A stretch of DNA of 56,543 bases, counting the filler, from Fonticula-like sp. SCN 57-25 (Eukaryota), in the NCBI GenBank assembly GCA_001724245.1. It is 4 parts of 4 records of this genome, joined end to end, with 100 filler letters (N's around TTAATTAATTAA, not from the genome) between each part and the next. Parts side by side here need not be neighbours in the genome. Positions count along the whole stretch, not along the records: positions 1 to 14,178 come from MEDX01000163.1; 3 more parts are not named here. The stretch is one strand, 5' to 3'. Both the position numbers and the translations under genes were made by a program. This document shows positions 1 to 11,781 of the stretch, piece after piece. The notes beneath the pieces are model-generated. The model was not told the origin of the DNA, did not search any database, and saw only the letters and a program-made list of their open reading frames with translations. Numbering within the stretch: position 1 is the stretch's first letter; every line of letters begins with the position of its first letter.

Positions 1-2116
1 CGACCGCCCCGAGCTGCGCGACCGCCCCGTGTGCATCTCGCACTCGCGCGGCGGAACGGGCGAAGCCGCGACGGCCGAGGTCGCGTCGAGCAACTATGCG
101 GCTCGCGCCTTTGGCATCAAGAACGGCAGCAGCATTTCTGCCGCAAAGCGCGCGTGCCCCGATGTGGTCGTGCTCCCGTACGAATTTGAAAAGTACCGCG
201 TGGCAAGCGAGGGCCTCTACAGCGTGCTGCTGCGCTTTGCCGACGACCTCGAGGCGGTGTCGTGCGACGAGGCGTTCATCGATGTCGGCTCGCGCGTGCC
301 GCCGGGCGCCGACGGCGAGCTGCGCCTCGCGGCCGAAATTCGTGCGGCCATCCTCGAGCGGACGCGCTGCCCGGCGTCCATTGGCATCTCGCACAACCTC
401 ATGCTGGCGCGGTGCGCCACGCGGCTCGCCAAGCCCGACGGGCAGCACTTTGTGTCGCGCGATCGCGCCGAGGAGGTTATGGGTGACATGCCCGTTCGCG
501 ACCTTCCCGGCGTCGGGTGGGCGCTCGCCGCCAAGCTCAACGAGCGACACGGTGTGACCATGTGCAGGGAGCTCCGCGCGATTGCCCTACCGGCGCTGCA
601 GCGCGACTATGGGCCAAAGATTGGCCAGCTGCTTCACGCGCGCGCGCGCGGCATCGACACGCGCACGCTCACATCGTCGCTCAACGGCGGCGGCGCGGCG
701 CGGCAGACCGTCGGCGCAGAGATCAACTGGGGCGTGCGCTTTGAGACGGAGCAACAGGCGCGCAAGTTTGTGGCGGATCTCGCTGCCGAGGTGGTTCGGC
801 GCATGGGCGAGGCTGGCGTGCGCGGGCGCACCATCATGATGAACGCGAAAAAGGCGCGGCACCAGGACGTGAACGCGCCCCGCAAGTTTCTCGGGCACGG
901 GCCGTGCGACAACATGAGCAAGTCGACGACGCTGCTCGCCGCCACCGCCGAAGCCGCCGTCATTGAGCGAGAGGCGCTGTTGATTTTCCAGTCGCTCGGC
1001 ATCGCACCAAAGGACCTGCGCGGTCTCGGGATTCACCTGAGCAAGCTGGAGCCAACGTCGGCCGCGCCGGCTGCGGGCGCCTCAATCCATCAATTCCTCA
1101 AGCCCCAACGGGATGCGATGCCCAGCAGTGCAGCGGATGTACCGATGCAGCAAACGCCGCCGCCGCCACCCGCTCGGCCAGCAGCAAACCTTCTCCAGAT
1201 GCTGCAATCCAACGAAAAGGCCACTTCTTCCGCCCTTCCCGGATCTCCTTTGCCTACCTCGCCGGCTTTATCCGCCTCGCCCTCATTGCCTGCTGCGCCT
1301 ACTTTGCCCACTCCCGCCGCGCCAAGACCGAGTGCCGAAGATGTTGACATGGAGACACTCATGCAGCTGCCGCCCGACATCCGCCACGAGATTGCCGCGC
1401 AGTACGGCATTCTCCTTCTCGACGACGATTCGATTCTGCACGAGGCCGCACCGCCGCCGCCGCCGCCTGCTCCTGCTCCTGCACCGCCGCCGCCCCCAAA
1501 GAGCGCCAAGCGCAAGGCGCCCGCCGCGTCGTCGTCCCGCAAGCGCGAAAGGCCGCTGCTGCCGACGCCGACCGCCGCCGCCGCCATCGCCGCCAGCCTC
1601 CCCCCGCTGAGCGAGCTCGACCCAATCACGCTACTCGAGCTTCCCGACGACGTGCGCGCCGAGCTGCTGCGCATGTACAAGCCGACGGCGTCGTCCGCAG
1701 CGGCGCCCAGCAAGGCTATGCCAGAGATTGGCGCCGCCCGCCAGGCGTTGTCGCCGCTACCCGAGGCGGTTGCCGCGGCGCTCATGCCACCGCCCCCGCC
1801 GCCGCCGCAGGCGCGCAAGGCGAACCCGTTTGAGGCGCGCTCGACGGACGACGCGCGCTCGCTGATATCCGAGTGGGTGAACTACGTCAGCACGTCGGGC
1901 GAGTCGATCGAGATGGAGGACGTGGACGTGTTTGTCAATTACGTGGTTGAGCTGGTCGATGCAATGCAGCTGGAGCGCGCGAATGCGCTGCTGTCGTGGC
2001 TCGTGAGGTGCACGAGGGGGAGGGTGGACTGGGTGCCGTACATTTGCCATATCGAGGAGCGCGTGCAGAGGCGCGTGCAGGTCAAGCACGGCGCGCCGCT
2101 TTTGCTCAAAGTGTGA
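1..2116 (+). CDS. REV1: DNA repair protein REV1 (Y-family deoxycytidyl transferase), 5'-truncated by the window/contig start
   Basis: IMS-domain motifs ASSNYAARAFGIKNG and EAVSCDEAFID (the SCDE catalytic motif is REV1-type), EINWGVRF, KFLGHGPCDN. Two UBM-like motifs (LMQLPPDIRHEI, LLELPDDVRAEL) and a C-terminal Rev1-CTD-like helical domain. The frame is open back to position 2. Confidence 0.93.
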   Translation, partial: DRPELRDRPVCISHSRGGTGEAATAEVASSNYAARAFGIKNGSSISAAKRACPDVVVLPYEFEKYRVASEGLYSVLLRFADDLEAVSCDEAFIDVGSRVPPGADGELRLAAEIRAAILERTRCPASIGISHNLMLARCATRLAKPDGQHFVSRDRAEEVMGDMPVRDLPGVGWALAAKLNERHGVTMCRELRAIALPALQRDYGPKIGQLLHARARGIDTRTLTSSLNGGGAARQTVGAEINWGVRFETEQQARKFVADLAAEVVRRMGEAGVRGRTIMMNAKKARHQDVNAPRKFLGHGPCDNMSKSTTLLAATAEAAVIEREALLIFQSLGIAPKDLRGLGIHLSKLEPTSAAPAAGASIHQFLKPQRDAMPSSAADVPMQQTPPPPPARPAANLLQMLQSNEKATSSALPGSPLPTSPALSASPSLPAAPTLPTPAAPRPSAEDVDMETLMQLPPDIRHEIAAQYGILLLDDDSILHEAAPPPPPPAPAPAPPPPPKSAKRKAPAASSSRKRERPLLPTPTAAAAIAASLPPLSELDPITLLELPDDVRAELLRMYKPTASSAAAPSKAMPEIGAARQALSPLPEAVAAALMPPPPPPPQARKANPFEARSTDDARSLISEWVNYVSTSGESIEMEDVDVFVNYVVELVDAMQLERANALLSWLVRCTRGRVDWVPYICHIEERVQRRVQVKHGAPLLLKV

Positions 2117-2298
2117 TTTTGCTATTTGTAGATATTATACTGTTCTTTTGTGATGTCGTTGTAGAGTACCATGCGAATGTAAAAGCATAGATATATTTTT
2201 GCAACTCAATGCCATAATACTAAAAGATACGAACCACTTTACGTGTAGATGCCTTCTACGAGTACATAACAATAATATATCAAACCGGTAGCGCTTGT

Positions 2299-5200
2299 CT
2301 AGCCAAGCTTAAATCTACCGCTGGTGAGTTTCATCTGACCAGACTGGAACCACGCGAACGGGTCCCGGATGGGAATCACTTGGCCTGCTTTAGGGACGAT
2401 AATGAGAAGCAGATACTTTTCCCCTTGAGTGCGAGCAATTTCAATCTGCGCGCCCGACCACGCAAATGAATTTCCCGATGTCGTCACCTTGACTTCCACA
2501 ATGCACTCCAGTTTGTCGTCTTGCGAGTATACGAGGATATCATGAGAGTGATTGTTGCCGCCTGTTCCTAAAATTCTCGATTGCGGAAACATTTCGGGAA
2601 GAATTGTCTCGAGTGCATACTCTTCTCCCCACGCGCCAACAATTTGCGCCAGACTACTACTGCTCTGGTGCACACTACCTGCGGTATACCTGACATTTGC
2701 TGGCTGGCCCTCTGGCTTTCGCAAGGTAGGGGGACGACCGCCGACATATTTGGAAGAGAAAGCAAACGGCCTCGGTGTCGGGTTTGACGTTGCGCCGAAT
2801 TGAAACGTCGCCGACGTCGATGGAGCAAGGCTCGGTGGAGCCACAATCGCAAATGAACGTTGAAACATGCTCACATCAACGTTATCGAAAGTATACTCTT
2901 CCCACTCGTCGCTCTGCCTAGGCGCGACATCCGGTTGCTGCGCAGAAAGTGCTCGTGGCGACGCCCCCAAAGACAACGCTCCTACAGCAGCGCTCAACGA
3001 CGACACGCTAACGCCGCTGTGGGTCGATCGAGAGGCTTGCTGGGAGCCGCCGCCGCCACCGTTCCTGCTGACGCCACTCCAACCGTTTCCACCGCGTCCC
3101 CGTGCCTTTTTACTATTACTAGACCGCTGCCCACCCAGCGGATGATATGGGCTAGGTGTCGGCCAAGAGACTTCCTCAAACATCTGCCTCTGGGGTTGAT
3201 GCTCCTGCTGGGACCAAGGCTGATGCTGCTGGGGCTGAGGGCGTTGTTGGGGCTGCTGGTGTTGTGGCCGATGCTGGGGCCGGGGCCGATGCCGGTGACC
3301 CTGAGGAGCACGCTCTTGATACATATCTTGAACCCACTGGGGCTTGGGCGCAGTTGCCGGGCTTTCAGTGTGCTGCGGCGCCATCACGGCTGGTGAGGGC
3401 CATGTAATGGCGTCGGGTTCAGGGATCAGTTGGCGCGCGTCCGGGTTCGTATATATCGCTTCTTCGGTCGGCCTCGTCTCGATTCCCTCGGCAGCCCCTA
3501 CGGGCTGACCTTTGCGGACCGCTGGTGAGCTCTCTGCCATTGACTGCGGCTGCTTCAAAGACTCGGGCTCTGGCGGCGAGGTTTCAGTCGTTGGTGGCGG
3601 CGCATCACTCATTGGTGGCGACGCAGTTGTGCCATCTTGCGTTTCGGGCAATCCTTCTAAAGCTGCTGCTGACAGCGCGTTCTTCGCGTTCTTCTTGGAC
3701 CTTGATCCACGCGCAGCCGACCTTAATAATATCTTAACAACCCTCTCCACTTGTTCCTGAATCAAATTCAAAGGAGAATCTTTCAAGTCTATCGCCTGAT
3801 TAAACCACCTAACTACCTCTCTCCTAAAAGACGCTCTCACTTCTTCTGTCACCGGCATATCTGGTGTCTCCGACATGTCCGACGGCAATGACGGCGCCTT
3901 CAATGCAAGAATTCGCTCCGCTAATTCAAATGCCGCAGCATCCTCATCGTCGCGCGCAACAACTAGACGATTGTGGGGCGAGTTCGACGGCATGGATAGA
4001 GCATCGCCGGGCTCCGTGCCGCGACACTCAACCGAAAGAGGTTTGAAATCCATTGGCAATGACCGCCCCAATTGTTCATACTCTGAGATGAAAGACTCTG
4101 ATGGCAGCAGTCGACTCGATTCGACAAACGTCAATGACCCGATGCCGTCGTACGTCACAACACGGCTCAGCTCGTCGCACTCGACAAGCTCGGTAGACTT
4201 GAACAAGCTCACAACGCGCGCGACATCGGGGAACCAAGTGGATGCCAAAGCCTCCAGGATCCTCGCAAGGTGATCACTGATAAATAGCGAGGGCCAGCTG
4301 GGATCGTCGAATGGAACAATGCTAAGAGAACCGTCAAGAATGAGCCGCTCCTTTGCAGGAACCTTGTCCAAAGCGATAGCACCGAGGAAGGAAGAGAGCA
4401 AATCCGGCAAATGACCAATAGTGATTCCCAAAATGAACCGCTTCGCATCGGAAGCCTCCTTAAAAGACTTGGCATTATGGTCCGCTTCAGAGCCAATAAC
4501 AAGGCGATCGACCGACACGAAACGGCGACAGCCAAGCGTAGGGAAACAAAGCGGAGAAGTCTGCATACGCGAAGACGCCTTTTTCACTTCCTCATCGCCC
4601 GCCTTTGCAGCAAGCCACGTAAAAAAATTATAGATAAAGTCAACGAGGACGGAATATAGCACCTTTGGGTGGTCCGCTCTCATCTTTGCAACCCAAACGT
4701 TTGCCTCTTGCGCCAAGAGCCGCAGCGCTTTAATAAAGCACGACGAAGGAAGAGGTTTCCTTTCGGCAATATTTAAGTAACTCGCCACCATGGATGCACT
4801 CTTGAGGGAAAGACCCGCGCTCGATGCCGACGCGCCCCAATTGATATCACTCGAGGCGCGCCAAAGAAGACTCCTCGCAAATTCCTTCCTCCTCGACTGT
4901 GCGACATCCGCCAATCCATCCGATGTCGATGAAGAGGAAGAAGGCTCATAGACGTCGGGGAGGCTATACGGGCTCAACATCCACATAACCGAGTGCGGCG
5001 CCGGCAAACCAACCCAAGCATCGTTGTGCACAATACACACTTGGTTTAACGGCCGCTTCTCATCCACAAGGGCCGCGACAATCCCCCACACCACCGAGGC
5101 AACAGGCCCTGACGGGTTGGGGTACCGCGACCGCAGTTTACTCAATATGGCCAAAAATGTCTCGGTGGAGGGCTTGGCCTTGAGCGGATTTAGCGAGGTC

Positions 5201-8200
5201 AAGGAGACATAGTACTTGTGCGCCGTTCGCCACAGATTGGAAGGGCAGACCTCCTTCATGACCTCCTCCAAAACGCGGCCAATCTTTTTTCTTTCTTCTG
5301 TAGCCGTTTTCTTCTCCTCGAGAGTATCCTCAGGGTACTCGAGATTGCGCGTAATCTCGTCCTTGAGCCCGTCCTCGTTAATCCAAACGGCCGTTGCTGG
5401 TTTGATCCATTCCTGTCGATGATAGACAAACGGCCACGAAGAGGCATACGTGTCGGAGACTTTGATGAGCTTCCACGACACCTCTTCAATATCCTCGGGA
5501 GTAAACATATCTTGGGCATTCGTCGTCCGCAGGCGCTCCACCAGCAATTGGTACATCTTAATGATGGGCCCCGGCCTGGCAGGAGCGTGAAAAAAGAACG
5601 ACTCAACTCTTTTAGCCCCACTATCATCGTTCTTGTAGCGATCCTTAATTATGGTGGGCATATTGCGCCGGCAAAGCCACTGAAACACCTTGCGGCTCGA
5701 GTTGGATTTCAAATCATCCTCGATTTTTTGAACTTGATCCGCGGCGATGTTCGTCGTTTCGCCCCACGAAATGGCGGTGTTGGAAAGGATGAGCAACTTG
5801 TTATCAACGAACTTGGAGCAAAGAAGCTGACATATTTCTCCATTAAAGTTGTTACCGATATGCGCATAAAGTTGCCACGCGATGGCCGATATGGCGGGCA
5901 GGTCGGCGCCATCCTCCTGTGTCTTGTTATAGAGGGACGTGAGCAACTCTTCAAGGACGATAGTCTCGCTCGTGGGTATCACATGCTTGCCACTCTTGAC
6001 GAGGATCTCAATACCTTCGCGGCAGCGCTCCACAGACTCGCGGCTCATCATAAAGATATTTTTCTTCGCGTATAGCTCGTGATAGATATTCAGCAAATCA
6101 ACCTGGGTATCACCGAATTTCAACTGGGCCGAATCAAACGCACACAGCTTGCCGAGTGCCAGCCACTGTCCATCAAACGGCACACACATGTCCTTCAGCG
6201 ACTCTTTGTAGTCTTCAGACAAGACTTCATGGATTAGACTCCAAATGAACGTCTCAACGCTGCTAATTTCCGTTGTGGCATCGCTTGACACTGAAATGTT
6301 CTCAGCAACGAAGCCCCACAAAGTGAGCAGTTGCGATTGTGAAATGTCACTCATGCTGGCACACACACGGCGTAGCAGATCGTCCTTATCAGGGCCAAGC
6401 ATGCCGCGCGTCCACAGAACGATGGGGCAGGACTCAGTGGTTAACATATGGTCCCACAAGGCATGCTGATAAAATACCCTGTCTGGCGGGAGAAGAATAC
6501 TATCATCAAACCGCAATAACGTCCGGTCGCTGCCGACGGGCACGAGTGCGTTTTCGGAAAGACAGTCGAGCACTGCTTGACAGGCGTCCGAATACGTTTC
6601 ATCCGACGTGAACGACTTTAGCCTGTTGTGCAGCACCTTGACAAGCCTGTCAACCACGTCGAAGTTGGTCGCGTTCTCCTGCCAGCATTTCAACAGAACT
6701 GAAACGCAGTCCATCAGAGAGAGTTTCGACCATGCAGGTACCCCAACAACCGTGGGCGAGACTGAACCGAAATACTCGTAATACGGTAGGGGAAGCATTT
6801 GGGAAGCGGCAGACGAATCAGAAAACACAGCGTTGGGGCCGTAGATCGGCGCAAACGCTGCAGCAAGGTCGCTGTTTGCGTCCAGATGCAAAAGCGAACG
6901 AGGTGAGTGAAGCGTCGCGTTGTCGCCCTGGCGCAAAATCCAAGGCAATTCCGCCCACGCGGCGATAATTTGTTTGTCTGACGTCGCTGACTTCTCCGCT
7001 ACCCACGACACGAGTTTTCCAAAGGTACCGCGGTCGACCGACTTCTCAGAGAGAAAGGGAAAGAGCTCCGTTGGTTGGTTATTCGCAAACACGCCCGGCT
7101 TACCGTCATACGGGAGAATCGTCCCAAAGAGATAATTTGCCAATGCAAGCATGTCGGTCTGACGGTGCTTCCGCCAACCATTCTCACTCACATCAAGATA
7201 GTCCGAGTGCAGAACAAACTTTTTAAAGTGAGCAGAGGCAGCGCTCGCCTTGCCGTACTTTGGGGCGGGCCAGTCAAACAAATCCTGGTAGGTGGAACAC
7301 ACATTGACCGGGCGCATCACAGCATACGTGCCAGACACCACAACGGGTTCGCAGCCACGATTCAGGTACAGCTTGCGCTCAACTCCTTTGTTCAAAATCG
7401 GCTTCAAGTCGACGCCACCGCTCTCGTCGCAGCACACAGTGTGGAGCGCGTCGTTCACGAGCTTGATCAAGACGGTGCCGGAGCACGGGAGAGGGTTTCG
7501 CTGCAGGACGTCCTTGAGGTACGAAACGCGGTCAAAGCGCTTTGCAAATCCAGCGCGCTGCAGCCAGGCAGCAACAGACCCCGCGTTGATGCCCTCAGCA
7601 GCCTCAAGAAGTTTCCAAAACTTGGCGTCCACGACGTGACGAACGGGTGCCAAAATGAGACCCTCCTTATCAAACGCCCTGTCCTGGTCGTTGCAAAGAA
7701 GATGAACGACCGCCGCGTATGAGCGGACGCCGCCACACGTCGTGGGCAGCCACCGACAATCCTTGGCAAGCACCTGACGCCCCACTTCAACGTTTAGCAA
7801 CGCTGCATCGCGCACAGCTTGGATCAAGCGGACACGCCATTCATCAGTGTGCCTTGGCAAGGCAATCCACTCGCTCTTGCTCAGCACAGAAACCCAATCG
7901 CTCACTCCCCATTCTCTCAGTTGCTTCAAAACCAACTGCGGGAGGATCTGTCGCTTTGCTTGATGGGCGCTGAGCATGTCCGAGTGCGCAAATGACTTGG
8001 CCACAACTTCATTCTCGCCGCGAAACAGGTCGCAGACTTTCTTCGGAGCAATCATCACGTCTGACAGCAAACGCAGATTAGACGAAGCATCGCACGGCAC
8101 CCACGCAAGCTTCACCAGCATTTCGGCCAGGGCGTCCAGCCTCGAATTCAGAAAGGCATGCGAGCCCGCCATCGGAAATGCTCCCAGCACGAGCTCGAGG

Positions 8201-9620
8201 CGCGTCTCCATCGCGATGTCAGCAAGGTCCTCGTGTGGCGACGCAATCAGGGCGTCGGCAAGCGCACGAAAAGCGATCGAGTAGGCGTGAATAAGCGCTG
8301 TCTGAAGAAGGAAAGCGTTCCGCGGCTTGTTCGGGTCGAGCGACTCGCGAGACGTCACCAGGGAAAATCCCGCGTTCACCAGCGCAGGCCAGTTGGTGTT
8401 CCCCATCCCGGTCGGGAGGTAAGTGTAGATGCGCCCCGTCGTCCGCAACGCGCGCTGCGTCGCAGTATTGAGTGGTAGAGCAATGCCAATGGGCGTCCCC
8501 TGCGACGCCGGGACTTCGCGGTCGCTCTGCTGGTCGCGCTCAGCGTCCAGGACGTCCTTGGGGATCCCATAGTGGTACTCGGCGAGCAGCCAGTGTGACG
8601 ATCGCCGCGCCTCTGATTGAGAGTCGCATCCAATGAGCTCGATAAGCTTGGCGCCAAAGTGGTGCAGGAGCGGCGCAGGGGACGGATACGCGAGCGGCAG
8701 CGCGGCGTCCAGCTCGCCCAGCAGCGAAAGAGGCGTCAGATCCTGGATCTCGTAGCTCGCGTGCCACGGATCGCCGTTTGCAACAAGGATGTGCGTGTTG
8801 ATCGAGCGCACTTTGCGGAGAAAGATAATCATTGTGTCCGTTTCAATGCTCTCGCGAAGGGACGCTGAGACGACGTCGTAGACCTGCGCGGTAGCGAGCG
8901 GGAGCACAAGGATGGTGCCGTGCCCGTCGTCGGGCGAGAGGGCGCCGCCGCTGATGGACGAAACCGCATCACGCGCCCAGGCAGCCGCAGTAGGGTCGTC
9001 CACCCAGTACGGCGTCACAACGTGCAGAGGATTCTCGGCAGACTTGGGCTTGAACCGGAAGCGGAAATGACGGGAAAAGATATGCGGCGACGACACATGG
9101 CCAAACATCGATTTGAAGCCAATGCCCTTCTCGCCCGTCGACGAACGCATCGAGTACTGGGCGCGGTCGCCGAGTGTCCCAGTGTGCTCGGTGAACTGGT
9201 TAGTCTTGGACGACACAGCACTTCGGCACAGGCTTTCCACATCTCGAGCCGCAAATCCGGCCTCGTCAGACGCGGCGATCAGCACACCAAATGGGCTCTT
9301 GATCGTCTCTGGCGCATCCGCAAGCATAGGGTGGTCAAAAGGGATCAGCGCGAAAAAGGCATGAACGCTGTCGCTACCTGCTCGCACAGTGTAAGCAGAC
9401 GACAACGGCAAACGCGGGTGGAATGCGCACCGGGGCGACTCAGTGCGTCATCCATGTTTTGAAGAAGCTCGCAGAATATGCGCGACGCTCCAGAGTACTG
9501 GTCAGAAGAAATAAGCTTAAGCATTGGGCCGAGCGTCTCGAACGCGACGCCCTGCCGACTCACGACCTCGAGCCATTGCCTTGTAAGCTCATCTACAGTG
9601 TCCTTCTCAGCCACACTCAT
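2299..9620 (-). CDS. ~2420-aa NO VEIN/sacsin-like GHKL ATPase with C-terminal DUF3883 (PD-(D/E)xK-like) domain
   Basis: Exon 1 (9431-9620) carries IFCELLQNMDDA. A 53-nt GTGCGC...CTTAC...GCAG intron (9378-9430) joins it in frame to a 7-kb exon carrying GFAARDVESLC and TGEKGIGFKS. The C-terminus GAWGEEYA...HDILV...VEVKVT matches the DUF3883/NOV_C pattern. Confidence 0.8.
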
Positions 9621-10030
9621 GGTGCTGCAAAGTATTAATACGAGCGATCAATAACAGCAACACCGTACGTCGAACAGCTTGTACACACTCCCTAGACACG
9701 CTTGTACTGCGGTGCAGGCAGGTTGGCAAACGTTTAAGCGAGTTGGCAACTAGCGCTTGCGCTAGCGGCCACTGCAGGCTTTGCAGCACACAGGTTGGCA
9801 ATTACGGCGGCCAATCACGGCGAGTGTTCAATAGAATTACTTGAGGGGCATCCAAATATTGGCTGGACAGGCTGGTAAAATTCACTGCGAATCACAGGTT
9901 CAAAACGCAGAATCCACGTGGACAAAGTTTGTTTTCTTCCTTGTCCTGCTCCGCGGCGGCCAAAAGGCATCGGTTTGCGCGCACCGCAGCCGGCCTTTTT
10001 TCTGCCTGCGTCTCCTTTATTGACGCGGCC

Positions 10031-11464
10031 ATGGGGCGGACAGTATATGACGTGCCGCTTGTGCAGCCCGACCTCCAGCCCGAGGAGACCATCACACAAT
10101 TTCTGGACACGCTCGACTACTTGGAAAAGGTCACCAACAATGTGTTTGACAGGATCTTGCAGCGCGTTCAAGAGAATCAGGTCCGCCTTGCCGACCTAAA
10201 TGGCCGCCTTTCCGTGAGCCACGCCAAGGTTCAGAAGCTTGCCGGGACGTCGCGCGCGACGACTGTGCTCTCGAGCGCCAAGTACCCTGCCCCCGACAAG
10301 CTCGCCGACTATGTTCCTATTCACCTTAAACCCGAAGCGAATCTCGTGAGCGCGCAGCGCAGCGAGATGGTCGATGTCGCCGAGAAGCCTCTTCGCCGCC
10401 CCGACCAGTGGACTCTTGAAGTGAATGACTCTTTTGCGCGCCCTCTTCTCCAGCGCCAGCTCGCGCAGGCCGATGAGAGCCGCGAGGGCCTTGGCGGCCT
10501 CCCGCCTGGCGTGGACTCTGTAAGCGAGCTCCTGCTTTTCAACTCGCAGTACAACCCGTACCGCAAGTACCACACTGTCGAGAACCTCGAGTCGAACAAG
10601 ATGCGCAAGGAGCGCGAGAAGGAGACCGCGGTCAGCGGGATCAAGCGCCTCGGCTCCGCGCCCGAGACGATCCGCACGGGCGAGTCGCTCAACTGGGCTT
10701 CCAAGAGCGACGTGAGCTACAAGCCCAAGCTCACCGACGTGCCGACGCTCGACCTCCCCGACCAGCTCAACCTGCCTGGCATTGCCACCGATCTCGCCAT
10801 CTTTGCGCAGACGATGGACGCGACGGTCGACGTCATCGCGCCGTCGGGCATTCCTTCGCTCCCGAGCATCGACGGATCCGCCGGCGCCGCGCCCGCCGCG
10901 CCCACGCCGGCGCTCCCCGAGGTCGCGAGCTCGCAAACGTCGCTGCCGGCGCCGTCAGGGGGTGCGCCGCCGCCTCCCCCGCCGCCGTCCGCAGGTGCCC
11001 CGCCGCCGCCACCCCCGCCGCCGGGGTCGTTTGCCGCGCCGCCTCCGCCGCCTCCGCCGCCGGGATCGGCTGGTGCGCCCCCGCCACCGCCGCCGCTCGC
11101 TGGGGGGCAGGATGAGCCCAGCCCTTCGCTCAGCGGCGACGACGACGCCGGAGGTGGCGGCCGCAACGCGCTCCTCGACGCCATCCGTGGCGCCGGCGGA
11201 GGAAAGAAGAAGCTCAAGAGCGCGCGCGACCGCGTCCTCAAGAGCAAGTCGGAGAGCAAAAAGGCTGCGCCCGCGTCGTCACCAGTGCGCTCTATTTAAT
11301 TGTGCCGCCACGCGGTCACTCACACTGCGGCTCTTTTCTAGATGGACCTCTTGTCCGACCTCAACAATATCATGGCCATGCGGCGCAAGGCAATGGTCCA
11401 AAAGACAAACGAGGAGAGCGACGACGACGCCGACAAGGACGCGGCCGACGACGACTGGAAGTAG
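10031..11464 (+). CDS. WASH1: WASH complex subunit 1 (Arp2/3 nucleation-promoting factor)
   Basis: N-terminal WAHD-like region (YDVPLVQPDLQPEE; GLGGLPPGVDSVSELLLFNSQYNPYRKY), a polyproline tract and WH2 (GRNALLDAIRGAGG..KLKS). Intron 11285-11341 adds the C/A exon MDLLSDL...DDDWK ending in the acidic Trp. Confidence 0.93.
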
Positions 11465-11781
11465 AGTGCTCGCATGCGGGCAAGGCTTTTTCGCCGTGTT
11501 TCGTTTTTTATAAATATAGAAGATTCATCATTGTTTATCAATCGGGTTCAATCACAACATAGCGCGAGCCTCTAACAGCTGCGGTGGCGGGTACAAAAGA
11601 GTCATAATGTGGAAAGTCAAATCAGTCATAAAATGGCGTCAAACGGCGCCATAAAACAGGGTAAACGTCTCCAAGGTGTCATAAAATAGGCGAAACATAA
11701 CAAAGCGTACAACGACTCCAACATATCAAAAGAGTCTAAAATGCGGCACGAAACCGCTGTCTATCTCGACGGCCGCGTCGC

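Noticed and set aside
10960-11100. CCG-rich repeats in WASH1 and REV1
   Set aside because: These are ordinary polyproline-coding tracts.
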